This document shows, one piece after another, positions 50,921 through 59,542 of a stretch of DNA of 64,000 bases. Where the stretch lies: positions 62,001 through 126,000 of IMG/VR virus record IMGVR_UViG_3300036770_006296, one strand, 5' to 3'. A program made the translations under genes and the position numbers. The number at the start of each line of letters is the position of its first letter. Positions within the stretch are counted from its first letter, which is position 1. A model generated the notes under the pieces. That model made no database searches, was not told the DNA's origin, and worked only from the letters and a program-made list of their open reading frames with translations.

Positions 50921-51161
50921 GTTTGGTTGATTAACAAAAAGAGAGGAGACTTCGGTCTCCTTTTTTTGTGGACCTAAGTTTATTATCCAGTGAATGATAA
51001 ATCCCCAGAGGTACCCCAGGATCTGGATTTATAACCTGTAATATTGGATTTACATTAAAATAATAATGGGGTCCTCACCAGGGGGCCACGCACGCGTAGG
51101 GTATTTTAGAATAAACCACAAATCATTTTTTAGTTTAGTTAAGATTACTTATATTAGCTAT

Positions 51162-51485
51162 ATGGAAACAATCAATAGAGACACATTCAAAACACATGAA
51201 TTCTTTGCAGAGATTATGAAGAAAGAGTCTCATCACAGCCATGAGATTGTAGATGAAGGTCATGGTGCAAGATGGAAGGAAGATCCTGATGTATGTAAGT
51301 TGGTTGATGACATGGGAGGTTTAAATAACATTATAAGACTTTTCTTTTCACTTGGTATAACAAAGAATTCTGAGGAATGGAGAAAGCTTTACAGAGATAT
51401 AGGTTATTCACTCTATGGATATTGGGAGATATTCTATTGGGAAACGAATAACGAAGATGCTGCTGATTATCGTTCAGATTGTTAG
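51162..51485 (+). CDS. hypothetical protein (start corrected)
   Basis: ATG after EP. Confidence 0.75.
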   Translation: METINRDTFKTHEFFAEIMKKESHHSHEIVDEGHGARWKEDPDVCKLVDDMGGLNNIIRLFFSLGITKNSEEWRKLYRDIGYSLYGYWEIFYWETNNEDAADYRSDC

Positions 51486-51703
51486 TAGTTTGATTGATTA
51501 ACAGGAAAAGGTCGGATTCGCATCCGGCCTTTTTCGTGCTCCAAGGTTTGCTGGATGTTGGCTGGAAGATGCACTGGGGAACCCCAGGAGCTTTAGGCCT
51601 GCCTGGAATTATTTTTAGAAATTTCTATTTTTTTCTAAGAATCATTTTTTTCTAAGTAGAAAAATCCATATATTAGCTAAGTAACCAATTAAATTATTTA
51701 TTT

Positions 51704-52006
51704 ATGAAAAAGGAGATGTCAGTAGAACAAAAAGCAAAAAAAGCAGCAGCTAACAAAGCTTATCGTGAGCGCAAGAAAATGCAATCTCAAGACTGGATGG
51801 TATTGGATAAATTTGAAATGTCGTTTGAACATAAAATTCGACTTTTCAAAAACCTTAAATTGGAAATTGAAAATTCCTATTGCGCAAGTCCCGGTACGGT
51901 CTTAAAGTTTGAGCGAATCAAAAATGAAGACAATAAGATTATCTTCCGAGTCCGTAGAACAGGGCGAAGAACTTTCTTTACGACTTCTGAATTCCTAGTC
52001 GTATAG
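51704..52006 (+). CDS. basic protein family member 1
   Basis: KAYRERKK...CASPGTVLKFE...RVRRTGRRTFFTT. Confidence 0.85.
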   Translation: MKKEMSVEQKAKKAAANKAYRERKKMQSQDWMVLDKFEMSFEHKIRLFKNLKLEIENSYCASPGTVLKFERIKNEDNKIIFRVRRTGRRTFFTTSEFLVV

Positions 52007-52152
52007 GAATTCAGAAGAACCCTGGAAAAGGAGCCATTGGCTCCTTTTTTTGTGACCAAAACCTATGGCTGTCCTATTCTTCTCTGGGGAACCCCAGGAA
52101 GTTTGATCAGGAATCATTTTTTAGTTTCCATAGAATTCGCTACATTTACCAC

Positions 52153-52530
52153 ATGGCTAGATACAAGATAAGATTTAATTTAAGCAAGGGTGTCAACTAC
52201 ATGAAATGGAAGGTGACACATCCTGATGGTGAGGTTGAATACTTAGATCCAAATAAAGTGCGTCTAACGCTTAAAAATTGTCACCTCAAGAACAATCCTA
52301 AGACAGCTAATAAAATCTTAGCAGGCGCAAATAAAAGCGTGTGTGCATGGATCCTTTGTGATGATGTAATCCTTGAGGAACCCCACGGTGGAGATCCAAT
52401 GGAAGAAGTGCAAAGACTCCGGTTCAACCCCAGGGTAGCAGCAAACTGGATGTTCAGAGATGTCAATGTTGACTTTGTGAAGTACCACAGGATAGAAAGC
52501 AGGGGTGATCGCCTTTATGTTATTTATTAG
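52153..52530 (+). CDS. hypothetical protein
   Basis: EP upstream. Confidence 0.75.
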   Translation: MARYKIRFNLSKGVNYMKWKVTHPDGEVEYLDPNKVRLTLKNCHLKNNPKTANKILAGANKSVCAWILCDDVILEEPHGGDPMEEVQRLRFNPRVAANWMFRDVNVDFVKYHRIESRGDRLYVIY

Positions 52531-52593
52531 AAATCATTTTTTTCTTTGTAGAAAATTCTATATATTAGCTAAGTAACCAATTAAATAAAATAA

Positions 52594-52851
52594 ATGAAAA
52601 AGAATTTTTTAGCAGTAGTTGTTTTTAAAGAATATTTAGGAGGACCTGGAGGAGCTGGAGAAGGAATACAGATTCATAAGATCGAGGCATCAGATAAAGA
52701 TGAAGCAAGAAGCATTGTTTATGAAATGCACGGTATTCCTGAAGGACCATCTGAGGATGATTACGAAGATGAGGACGAATATTATGAAGCATCCGAAGAA
52801 TGGGAGGAAGATAATGATGGTGTATGTGTCGAGATCTTTGATTACATTTAA
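52594..52851 (+). CDS. small acidic protein
   Basis: PSEDDYEDEDEYYEASEEWEE resembles the 10802..11494 tract. Confidence 0.75.
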   Translation: MKKNFLAVVVFKEYLGGPGGAGEGIQIHKIEASDKDEARSIVYEMHGIPEGPSEDDYEDEDEYYEASEEWEEDNDGVCVEIFDYI

Positions 52852-52874
52852 AATTAGGAATCATTTTTTTTAAG

Positions 52875-53051
52875 GTGAAACAGATAGAACAAGCTAAAAC
52901 AATTTTAGAATCCCACGACATACTCGATGGCAGGGATTATATAATTTCCCTACAAGGACCGACAGTGATACTAACCATAGAAGGTAAGACTAAAATCACT
53001 CCGCAGATAATTGACGAATTAATTCCCACAGGTGTAGGCGTAATGCTTTAA
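52875..53051 (+). CDS. 58-aa ORF behind a truncated EP (GTG start)
   Basis: AATCATTTTTTT runs straight into the ORF without a -7 element; terminator follows. Confidence 0.4.
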   Translation: MKQIEQAKTILESHDILDGRDYIISLQGPTVILTIEGKTKITPQIIDELIPTGVGVML

Positions 53052-53253
53052 AGTTATGGGATTTTTTTATTTAAATAAAGCCAGCCTTAGAGCTGGTTTT
53101 TTTGTGGATCTTAGAAATCAACTAGGCAGATCTAGATGCACTGGGGAACCCCAGGAAGTCTGATCCAACTTAACCTATAGGTTTATTTTCAGAAATCATT
53201 TTTTTCTTTGTAGAAAAATCTATATATTAGCTAAGTAACTAAATAAACAGAGA

Positions 53254-53490
53254 ATGAAGAAGGGAGATAGAATTAAGGTGACATTTACCAAAGACACATT
53301 ACTAGTTGTATACCCAAAGTCAGACAAGCGTTATAGGGAAGGGTGTGAAGAAATGTTTTTGGAGGGACAAACATTAGAATTTGAGATCTTAGAAATCAAG
53401 AACGAAGGTGAGACTATAGAAGTTAAATTTCTTAGCGAGCTTTATTCAATCCATTACATGGGAGTTATAAGTAATATTATTTTTGTTTGA
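53254..53490 (+). CDS. hypothetical protein
   Basis: EP upstream; 3' end overlaps an inverted gene. Confidence 0.6.
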   Translation: MKKGDRIKVTFTKDTLLVVYPKSDKRYREGCEEMFLEGQTLEFEILEIKNEGETIEVKFLSELYSIHYMGVISNIIFV

Positions 53491-53662
53491 GTTCTTCAAT
53501 AAAATTCAATATACTTTCCTCACCATCAATTGTTTTAACCGAGTCATCTAGATAAATAACAACAATTCTTGGCGGTAAATCGTTCTCCATAAATGATTGA
53601 ATTTTTTCTATTCCTTTAGCATCTAATATTGTTTCATCAATATCTTTTAAATAATCTTTCAT
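53477..53662 (-). CDS. hypothetical protein in inverted cassette
   Basis: Own TATATTTG promoter (~53711-53718, - strand) and A-rich leader. Confidence 0.7.
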   Translation of the reverse strand: MKDYLKDIDETILDAKGIEKIQSFMENDLPPRIVVIYLDDSVKTIDGEESILNFIEELKQK

Positions 53663-53931
53663 AATTTTCTTTTTTAATTGTTAAACAAAAATAATACATA
53701 CTTATAACAACAAATATAAGAAATAAATCTTACTTTGTCTATTTTTTAATGAAAAGATTTACTTCTCATATTTGCAACCGATAAAACTTTTTTATTCCCT
53801 TCTGGGTTTAAAAATAATGATACGCATGGGAGAAGACAGTATTTTAAAATTATCTAAAATCCCAAGGAATCATTTTTTTCTTTAGATAGAATTTTCTACA
53901 TTTGTATCGTAACCACTAAAAAATAAAAAAA

Positions 53932-54297
53932 ATGGATAATCAAGAAGAAGAAAACATAAGGAAGGGCAAAAGTATGCTAGTAAAATTTGGGGTGATTGAT
54001 CCCAGATTAGATAGAGCTGTTAGGAAATATTATAATGGAAGAAGATCAAACGATTCAGCTTTTGATGATATTTTTGAATTCTATTACGATAAAGGAGACC
54101 TTTCAGCCGCGGGTATAACTATAGCGGAGTACGATGAATTAGATTGGAATCCTAGCGTCAGTGTACGAGCGCAGGTTGTAAACTGTGCAGAGCTTGATGA
54201 TGAATTATTTGATTATCTAAGAGGTATTGTAGATCCTGATTGGTACGATGATGACGATGATGACGATGATGACGATGATGACGATGACGGATGGTAG
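53932..54297 (+). CDS. acidic protein, N-terminal KG-tag, poly-Asp tail
   Basis: IRKGKSMLVKFGVI...YDDDDDDDDDDDDDGW. Confidence 0.85.
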   Translation: MDNQEEENIRKGKSMLVKFGVIDPRLDRAVRKYYNGRRSNDSAFDDIFEFYYDKGDLSAAGITIAEYDELDWNPSVSVRAQVVNCAELDDELFDYLRGIVDPDWYDDDDDDDDDDDDDDGW

Positions 54298-54383
54298 AAA
54301 AAGAATTAAAAAGATTTGGAATCATTTTTATTATTGTAGAAGAATCCATATATTAGCTAAGTAAATCAATTAAACAAAATCAA

Positions 54384-54560
54384 ATGGAAAAACTAGCAGC
54401 AAAAATTAATCTAATTGTTGTAGCACTACTCGTTTTATCAGCAGCAGCGATCTTCTTCATCTCAGTGGTAAGAGGAGATTTAATAATTGGTATCATCGGA
54501 GGAGCATTAACTTGGATAGGAATACAAATCTTAAAAATCACAATCAATGAATCAGCGTAA
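54384..54560 (+). CDS. 58-aa two-TM peptide, not in track
   Basis: MEKLAAKINLIVVALLVL...; EP upstream. Confidence 0.65.
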   Translation: MEKLAAKINLIVVALLVLSAAAIFFISVVRGDLIIGIIGGALTWIGIQILKITINESA

Positions 54561-54768
54561 ACCAAACAAAACACTAGGAGACCTATACGTTGAGGTTGTC
54601 CTGGTAATAGGGATACCCTTAGGAATAGTAGCACTACTCAACTGGCTGACCCTATAATATAACGGGGTCCCCACCCGGAGGCCGCGTGCCTACGTGCGTA
54701 CGTGAGGAATAAATCAGAAAAAAACGGAATCATTTTTTTAACCAGAGCATTTTAGATACATTTACCTC

Positions 54769-55056
54769 ATGAACACTTACAAATTTAGAGCAGAATGCCT
54801 TCACGATGTGATACAATTCATGAGTCATGCTCCAGAGGTAATACAACAGATAGATGTACAAAAGGATGAAAGGTTTCCTGATTGCTATGTCACTCTTAAA
54901 ACCACCTCAGAGATGTCAGAAGTACTAAATAAAATACTTGAAATGCAAGGAGACGTTCACGTTATGTTTGAGAGTCTTCAACCAGAAGGGGAATACACAG
55001 GAGAAAGAATAAGAAGCTTTCATTCATCATCAAAAGACAACTTCATGGAGAAGTAA
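54769..55056 (+). CDS. hypothetical protein
   Basis: EP upstream. Confidence 0.75.
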   Translation: MNTYKFRAECLHDVIQFMSHAPEVIQQIDVQKDERFPDCYVTLKTTSEMSEVLNKILEMQGDVHVMFESLQPEGEYTGERIRSFHSSSKDNFMEK

Positions 55057-55294
55057 AAAAGACTATTCTGTGATTAGTTTAGTTTGATTAACACCCAAGA
55101 TAGGGATTCGGCTTCGGCTCGGATCCCTTTTTTGCGAGCCGAGGTTTTTTGACCTGGCCTGGATTAATCTCTGGGGAACCCCAGGAATCCTGATCCAGCA
55201 GATGTAAGAGAAGTGTAAACTTTTTTCAGAAATCATTTTTATTCCTGTAGAAAATTCTATATATTTGTATTGTTAATCAATCAAACAAAAATAA

Positions 55295-55444
55295 ATGAAA
55301 GCAGAAACAAAAAAGAAATTAGAATTCTTAATGGAATTAGGTTTAACCCAAAATGAAATTAATGAACTTCTAGATAATCAATCTATTCTTGATGAATCAA
55401 AAGAATTCAAAAAAGAAGAAGTTGAAGAAGATGAAGATTACTAA
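55295..55444 (+). CDS. 49-aa acidic peptide, not in track
   Basis: MKAETKKKLEFLMELG...EEDEDY; EP upstream, terminator downstream. Confidence 0.7.
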   Translation: MKAETKKKLEFLMELGLTQNEINELLDNQSILDESKEFKKEEVEEDEDY

Positions 55445-55656
55445 GGGGTTAGTAATAAAAAAGGGAAGGAGACTTAGGTCTCCTTTTTTTGTGGGGAAAA
55501 TCTAGACCAGCTAGATGCTCCTGCGGTGCCCCAGGAATCCTGATCCAAACCCCAATAAATTTTTTTTAGAAAATTCCACTTTTTTCCAAGAATCATTTTT
55601 TATATTAGAATATTCTACATATATTTGTATAGTTAATCAATTAAACAATATCAATT

Positions 55657-55968
55657 ATGAAAAAGGAAATGACAGCAGAACAAAAAGCAAAAAAGGCGGC
55701 AGCTAACAAGGCGTACAGAGAGCGCAAAAAAATGCAATCTCAAAACTGGATGGAACTCGACAAGTTCGAAATGAGTTTCGAGCATAAAGTTCGACTTTTC
55801 AAAAACCTCAAATTGGAAATCACAAATTCCTATTGCGCATCTCCGGGGACAGTTTTGAAATTTGAAAAACTCACTAATAACGATAACACAATCGTTTATC
55901 GGGTTCGCCGCACAGGTCGAAGAACTTTCTTCACCACCTCCGTCCACCTTCACGCTCCCGCTGAATAG
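55657..55968 (+). CDS. basic protein family member 2
   Basis: Near-identical to 51704..52006. Confidence 0.85.
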   Translation: MKKEMTAEQKAKKAAANKAYRERKKMQSQNWMELDKFEMSFEHKVRLFKNLKLEITNSYCASPGTVLKFEKLTNNDNTIVYRVRRTGRRTFFTTSVHLHAPAE

Positions 55969-56093
55969 CCGGGACTCACCATAGAAAGGAGCTTAGGCTC
56001 CTTTTTTTGTGCCCAAAGGTTTCTGGATGTAGGCTGAGATAAACTCCTGGGGCTCCTCAGGAAATTTTCACATCTTCCTTATCTATAAGATTT

Positions 56094-56198
56094 ATGGAAG
56101 AGATAGATAAAATAAAAAGATGGGGTTGTATAGGAATAGTATTCATTACTATCCTATGGACTTCACTTATCTACTGGGCATTGTCCAAAGCATTCTGA
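56094..56198 (+). CDS. 34-aa TM peptide, not in track
   Basis: MEEIDKIKRWGCIGIVFITILWTSLIYWALSKAF between two palindromes. Confidence 0.45.
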   Translation: MEEIDKIKRWGCIGIVFITILWTSLIYWALSKAF

Positions 56199-56304
56199 GG
56201 ATCCTCCGAGAATCCCAGCTGGCCCAGAAATAATAATCAGGAATCATTTTTTTATTTGTGGAAAAATCTATATATTAGCTTGTTAATCAATTAAACAAAA
56301 GCCA

Positions 56305-56460
56305 ATGTATTCTTTAGATTGTGATTATTACACAAAACAATTCCCATCCATCGATGATCTCATATCGGATATTATATCATCTGGCATGGACCCAAATTAT
56401 GTAATAACCTATAATGGTGTACCCATAGGTTATCAAGCTATTGAGCTAATTCAATTTTAA
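56305..56460 (+). CDS. 51-aa protein, not in track
   Basis: MYSLDCDYY...QAIELIQF; paralog of next ORF. Confidence 0.75.
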   Translation: MYSLDCDYYTKQFPSIDDLISDIISSGMDPNYVITYNGVPIGYQAIELIQF

Positions 56461-56517
56461 GAAATCATTTTTTTCTTCAAATAGATTTTTCTACATTTAC
56501 ATTATAAAACAAATTTT

Positions 56518-56757
56518 ATGTATTCATTAGACTGTGATTACTACAAAAAAGAATTCTCAACCCTTGATGAACTCTTGGACGATATTATACTATCTGGTAT
56601 GGACCCAAATTATTTAATAACATACAATGGGGCCACCTTCAACTACCAAGCTATTGAACTAATAACTGGACGTATGAGCCAGCATTTCCCGAATGTTAAC
56701 ATTACCAAAGAACTCATGATGACATTTTGCAGTTGGGTAAAGTCCCGGAAGAATTAA
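56518..56757 (+). CDS. paralog of 56305 with new C-terminus from an insertion
   Basis: 17-bp direct repeat at 56647-56663 and 56759-56775. Confidence 0.75.
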   Translation: MYSLDCDYYKKEFSTLDELLDDIILSGMDPNYLITYNGATFNYQAIELITGRMSQHFPNVNITKELMMTFCSWVKSRKN

Positions 56758-56845
56758 TCAAGCTATTGAACTAATTCAATTTTAAGAAATCATTTTTTTC
56801 TTCAAATAGATTTTTCTACATTTACATTATAAAACAAAGACCTAC

Positions 56846-57076
56846 ATGTTAATTTACACAATAATTTTTACCCTAGCTCTCTTGGTCCTAATAGCTACAA
56901 AAACGACAGGGATTGACCAACCCACACTAGATTATAAAGAGAGCTATGCAGCGGAGGTGAGTAATGCCAGCTACTTTACTCTGCCTCGAGGACAGCCCAG
57001 TAGATTGTGGGCTTCTATCATAACAAATAAATCACCGCCCCGTAACAAGGGTAAGCCCGGATATAATACAAGTTAA
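56846..57076 (+). CDS. small signal-peptide/TM protein
   Basis: Hydrophobic N-term; EP upstream. Confidence 0.6.
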   Translation: MLIYTIIFTLALLVLIATKTTGIDQPTLDYKESYAAEVSNASYFTLPRGQPSRLWASIITNKSPPRNKGKPGYNTS

Positions 57077-57204
57077 AGAAAGACCCTTATTACAGGGTCT
57101 TTTTTGTGGACTATTGTTTACAATAAACCTCCTATTGTAAACCACTGGGGCTCCGCAGGAAAATCAAGAAGAAGATAAGATATATATAGTATAAAAAACA
57201 AATT

Positions 57205-57645
57205 ATGAAACATATTAGGCTTTACGAATACTATTCTGAATTACCAACTTCATTCAGTGTAGCAGAGATCCAAAACATGTCGGAGACGGACTTTTTAACA
57301 AACCTTAAAATGTTAAAAGATAAGGGAGACGAAGAGCAGGCTTTTTCGTTATTACAAATTTGGATGAATCACCATAAAGATGCGGCGAACGACATGGATT
57401 TCAATGCGAAACTCGGAGGTATATTTCGTGACGTTTCTCTTGAATCAGATGACAGCCCTAAGTCTGGCAATTTCCTTCATGATAAAGCAGTGCAATTGAA
57501 CACTTATCTTGCTAAGAACAAACGTGAAGGCGTGGTAAAACAAATAGAAGAGGTAAAAAGAAATATAAAAAATTACGAAGAAATGCTTAGAGTGGCTAAA
57601 GATAGATTAGATAGATTAGAATTTGAAATGACAAAAACTATGTAA
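57205..57645 (+). CDS. CTS-bearing coiled-coil protein
   Basis: MKHIRLYEYYSE; LP at 57179. Confidence 0.8.
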   Translation: MKHIRLYEYYSELPTSFSVAEIQNMSETDFLTNLKMLKDKGDEEQAFSLLQIWMNHHKDAANDMDFNAKLGGIFRDVSLESDDSPKSGNFLHDKAVQLNTYLAKNKREGVVKQIEEVKRNIKNYEEMLRVAKDRLDRLEFEMTKTM

Positions 57646-57871
57646 TTTGAATTCATATAATAATAAGAAAGACTCTTAGGAGTCTTTTTTTGTGATCTAA
57701 ACCACTGGGGCTCCGCAGGAAATCCAATGGTAGATGTGATTTATACTCTCATGCCCCCTCCGGGGGGACGCGTGCGTACGTATGCACGCGTAGGCACTTT
57801 TTTCAGGAATCGTTTTTTTATCTGTAGAAAATTCCATACATTAGCTATGTTAATCAATTAAATAAATACAA

Positions 57872-58006
57872 ATGGAAAAGGCAGTAAATGTTTTAGCAGC
57901 AATTTGGGTAGGTGTTTTAATGTCAATGACAATCATCTCATTAGGCTATGCAATAGTTCAAGTTGTAACCGGCAATGTACATTCCACAGCAAGTTTTGAA
58001 TTTTAA
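57872..58006 (+). CDS. 44-aa TM peptide, not in track
   Basis: ...WVGVL...QVVTGNVHSTASFEF; paralog of 59097. Confidence 0.7.
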   Translation: MEKAVNVLAAIWVGVLMSMTIISLGYAIVQVVTGNVHSTASFEF

Positions 58007-58171
58007 ATGAAAACAACAATCACAAAAGAAGCCCTAAGAAAAGCCAGAATGGGCTCAGTAAGAGAAGACCAGAAAGCACAAGGTTTCTTTGATGGTAGAT
58101 TTGTAACAAGATGTGAGGAAGACAAAAAGAAATACACAAGAAAAGAGAAACACAAATCTAAATCCTACTAA
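58007..58171 (+). CDS. 54-aa basic peptide, ArfA-like C-terminal pattern
   Basis: GFFDGRFVTRCEEDKKKYTRKEKHK. Confidence 0.6.
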   Translation: MKTTITKEALRKARMGSVREDQKAQGFFDGRFVTRCEEDKKKYTRKEKHKSKSY

Positions 58172-58435
58172 ACAAAAACAAAATCTTTTAAACCCTAGGT
58201 TCGGCCTAGGGTTTTTTTGTGGGCTAAAAATCCCAAGCTATGGTAAATCCTCCGAGGCACCCCAGGAACTTTTCCATAGATTTATTTTTTATATTTCTCT
58301 ATTTCTCCCATGCGGCACCCCAGAGTAACCCTATAAATTTTTTTTAGAAATTTCCACTTTTTTCCAAGAATCATTTTTTAGTTTGTAGAAAAGTCTATAT
58401 ATTAGCTAAGTTAATCAATTAAACAAAAACAAATT

Positions 58436-58753
58436 ATGAAAAACACAGAAAAAAAACCAGTTGCTAAAAAAGCTACAAAAACCACTAAAGTTTCTAACAC
58501 CCCTGATTGGATGACTTTGGACAAGTTCGAAATGAGTTTCACCCACAAAGTTAGATTATTTAGAAATCTAAAATTGGAAACCACAAACTCCTACTGTGCA
58601 AGCCCAGGGACTTCCCTAAAGTTTGAAAAAATCAAAAATGAAGATAATACAATTGTCTTCCGGGTTCGCCGCAATGGCCGCCGCACCTTCTTCACCACCA
58701 ACGCGGAACTCCAGGCGCCAGCTGAAATCCCCGCTGAAATCCCCGCTGAATAA
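58436..58753 (+). CDS. basic protein family member 3
   Basis: DWMTLDKFEMSF...CASPGTSLKFE...RTFFTT. Confidence 0.85.
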   Translation: MKNTEKKPVAKKATKTTKVSNTPDWMTLDKFEMSFTHKVRLFRNLKLETTNSYCASPGTSLKFEKIKNEDNTIVFRVRRNGRRTFFTTNAELQAPAEIPAEIPAE

Positions 58754-58896
58754 CCGGGGTTTCACAAAACTTCAAAAGACCCTTCGGGGTCTTTTTTTGT
58801 GACCAAATTTTAGGACAGATCCTAATCCTCCTGAGGCACCCCTGGAACTTTACCATATATTCAGTTTTTATATTTAAAAAAAATTCTTATATTTGT

Positions 58897-58958
58897 AGTT
58901 CATAAAATATTTATTCTTTGGAGTAAGCCAGGAACCCTAGATTTATCTAGGGTTTCTT
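58897..58958 (+). ncRNA. candidate small RNA, copy 1
   Basis: TATATTTG 58888-58895, ORF-less body, terminator 58930-58958. Confidence 0.5.
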
Positions 58959-59096
58959 GTGTGTAAAGAAATCTAGATCTATGGTAAATCTCCTGCGGAA
59001 CCCCAGGAAAAGAATCCAAAAAGATTCAAGAAATCGTTTTTATCTTTGTAGAAAAATCCATATATTTATATAGTTAATCAATTAAACAAAATAAAA

Positions 59097-59228
59097 ATGA
59101 AAACAGCAAATGTAATTGGAATGGCTTGGGTAGGAATTTTAATAGCAACAGTTATAGTTGCTTTAGGTTTCACAGTTTATCAAGTATGCACGGGGAACTA
59201 CCACGGCACAGCAAGTTTTGAGTTTTAA
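59097..59228 (+). CDS. 43-aa TM peptide, not in track
   Basis: ...WVGIL...QVCTGNYHGTASFEF. Confidence 0.7.
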   Translation: MKTANVIGMAWVGILIATVIVALGFTVYQVCTGNYHGTASFEF

Positions 59229-59270
59229 TTAAAGTTTTGAATTTCAATTAAAAAAAATTCTTATATTTGT

Positions 59271-59332
59271 AGTTCATAAAATATTTATTCTTTGGGATAA
59301 ACAAGAAACCCTAGATTCATCTAGGGTTTTCT
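59271..59332 (+). ncRNA. candidate small RNA, copy 2
   Basis: TATATTTG 59262-59269; near-identical body; terminator 59303-59332. Confidence 0.5.
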
Positions 59333-59470
59333 GTGTGTAAAGAAATCTAAATCTATGGTAAAACTCCTGCGGCGCCTCAGGGATGAAGAATCAAAAAAGA
59401 TTCAAGAATCATTTTTATCTTCGTAGAAAAATCCATATATTTATAATGTTAATCAATTAAAATCTATCAC

Positions 59471-59542
59471 ATGAAAAAACCACTTGTAATCTTCATCACA
59501 CCAAATGGATTAATGGTTATAGAAGATATCATAGCTAACTAA
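59471..59542 (+). CDS. 23-aa peptide
   Basis: MKKPLVIFITPNGLMVIEDIIAN between EP and terminator. Confidence 0.45.
   Translation: MKKPLVIFITPNGLMVIEDIIAN

Larger units (their letters stand above)
37393..57794. repeat. GGGGTCC..CCAGG(A/G)GGCC + alternating RY tract repeat, 5 copies
   Basis: ~37393, 43595, 51067, 54662, 57753. Confidence 0.7.

Noticed and set aside
57872-59332. Type I toxin-antitoxin pairing of the TM peptides with neighbouring sRNAs
   Set aside because: The sRNAs are on the same strand and show only short, patchy complementarity to the peptide leaders.
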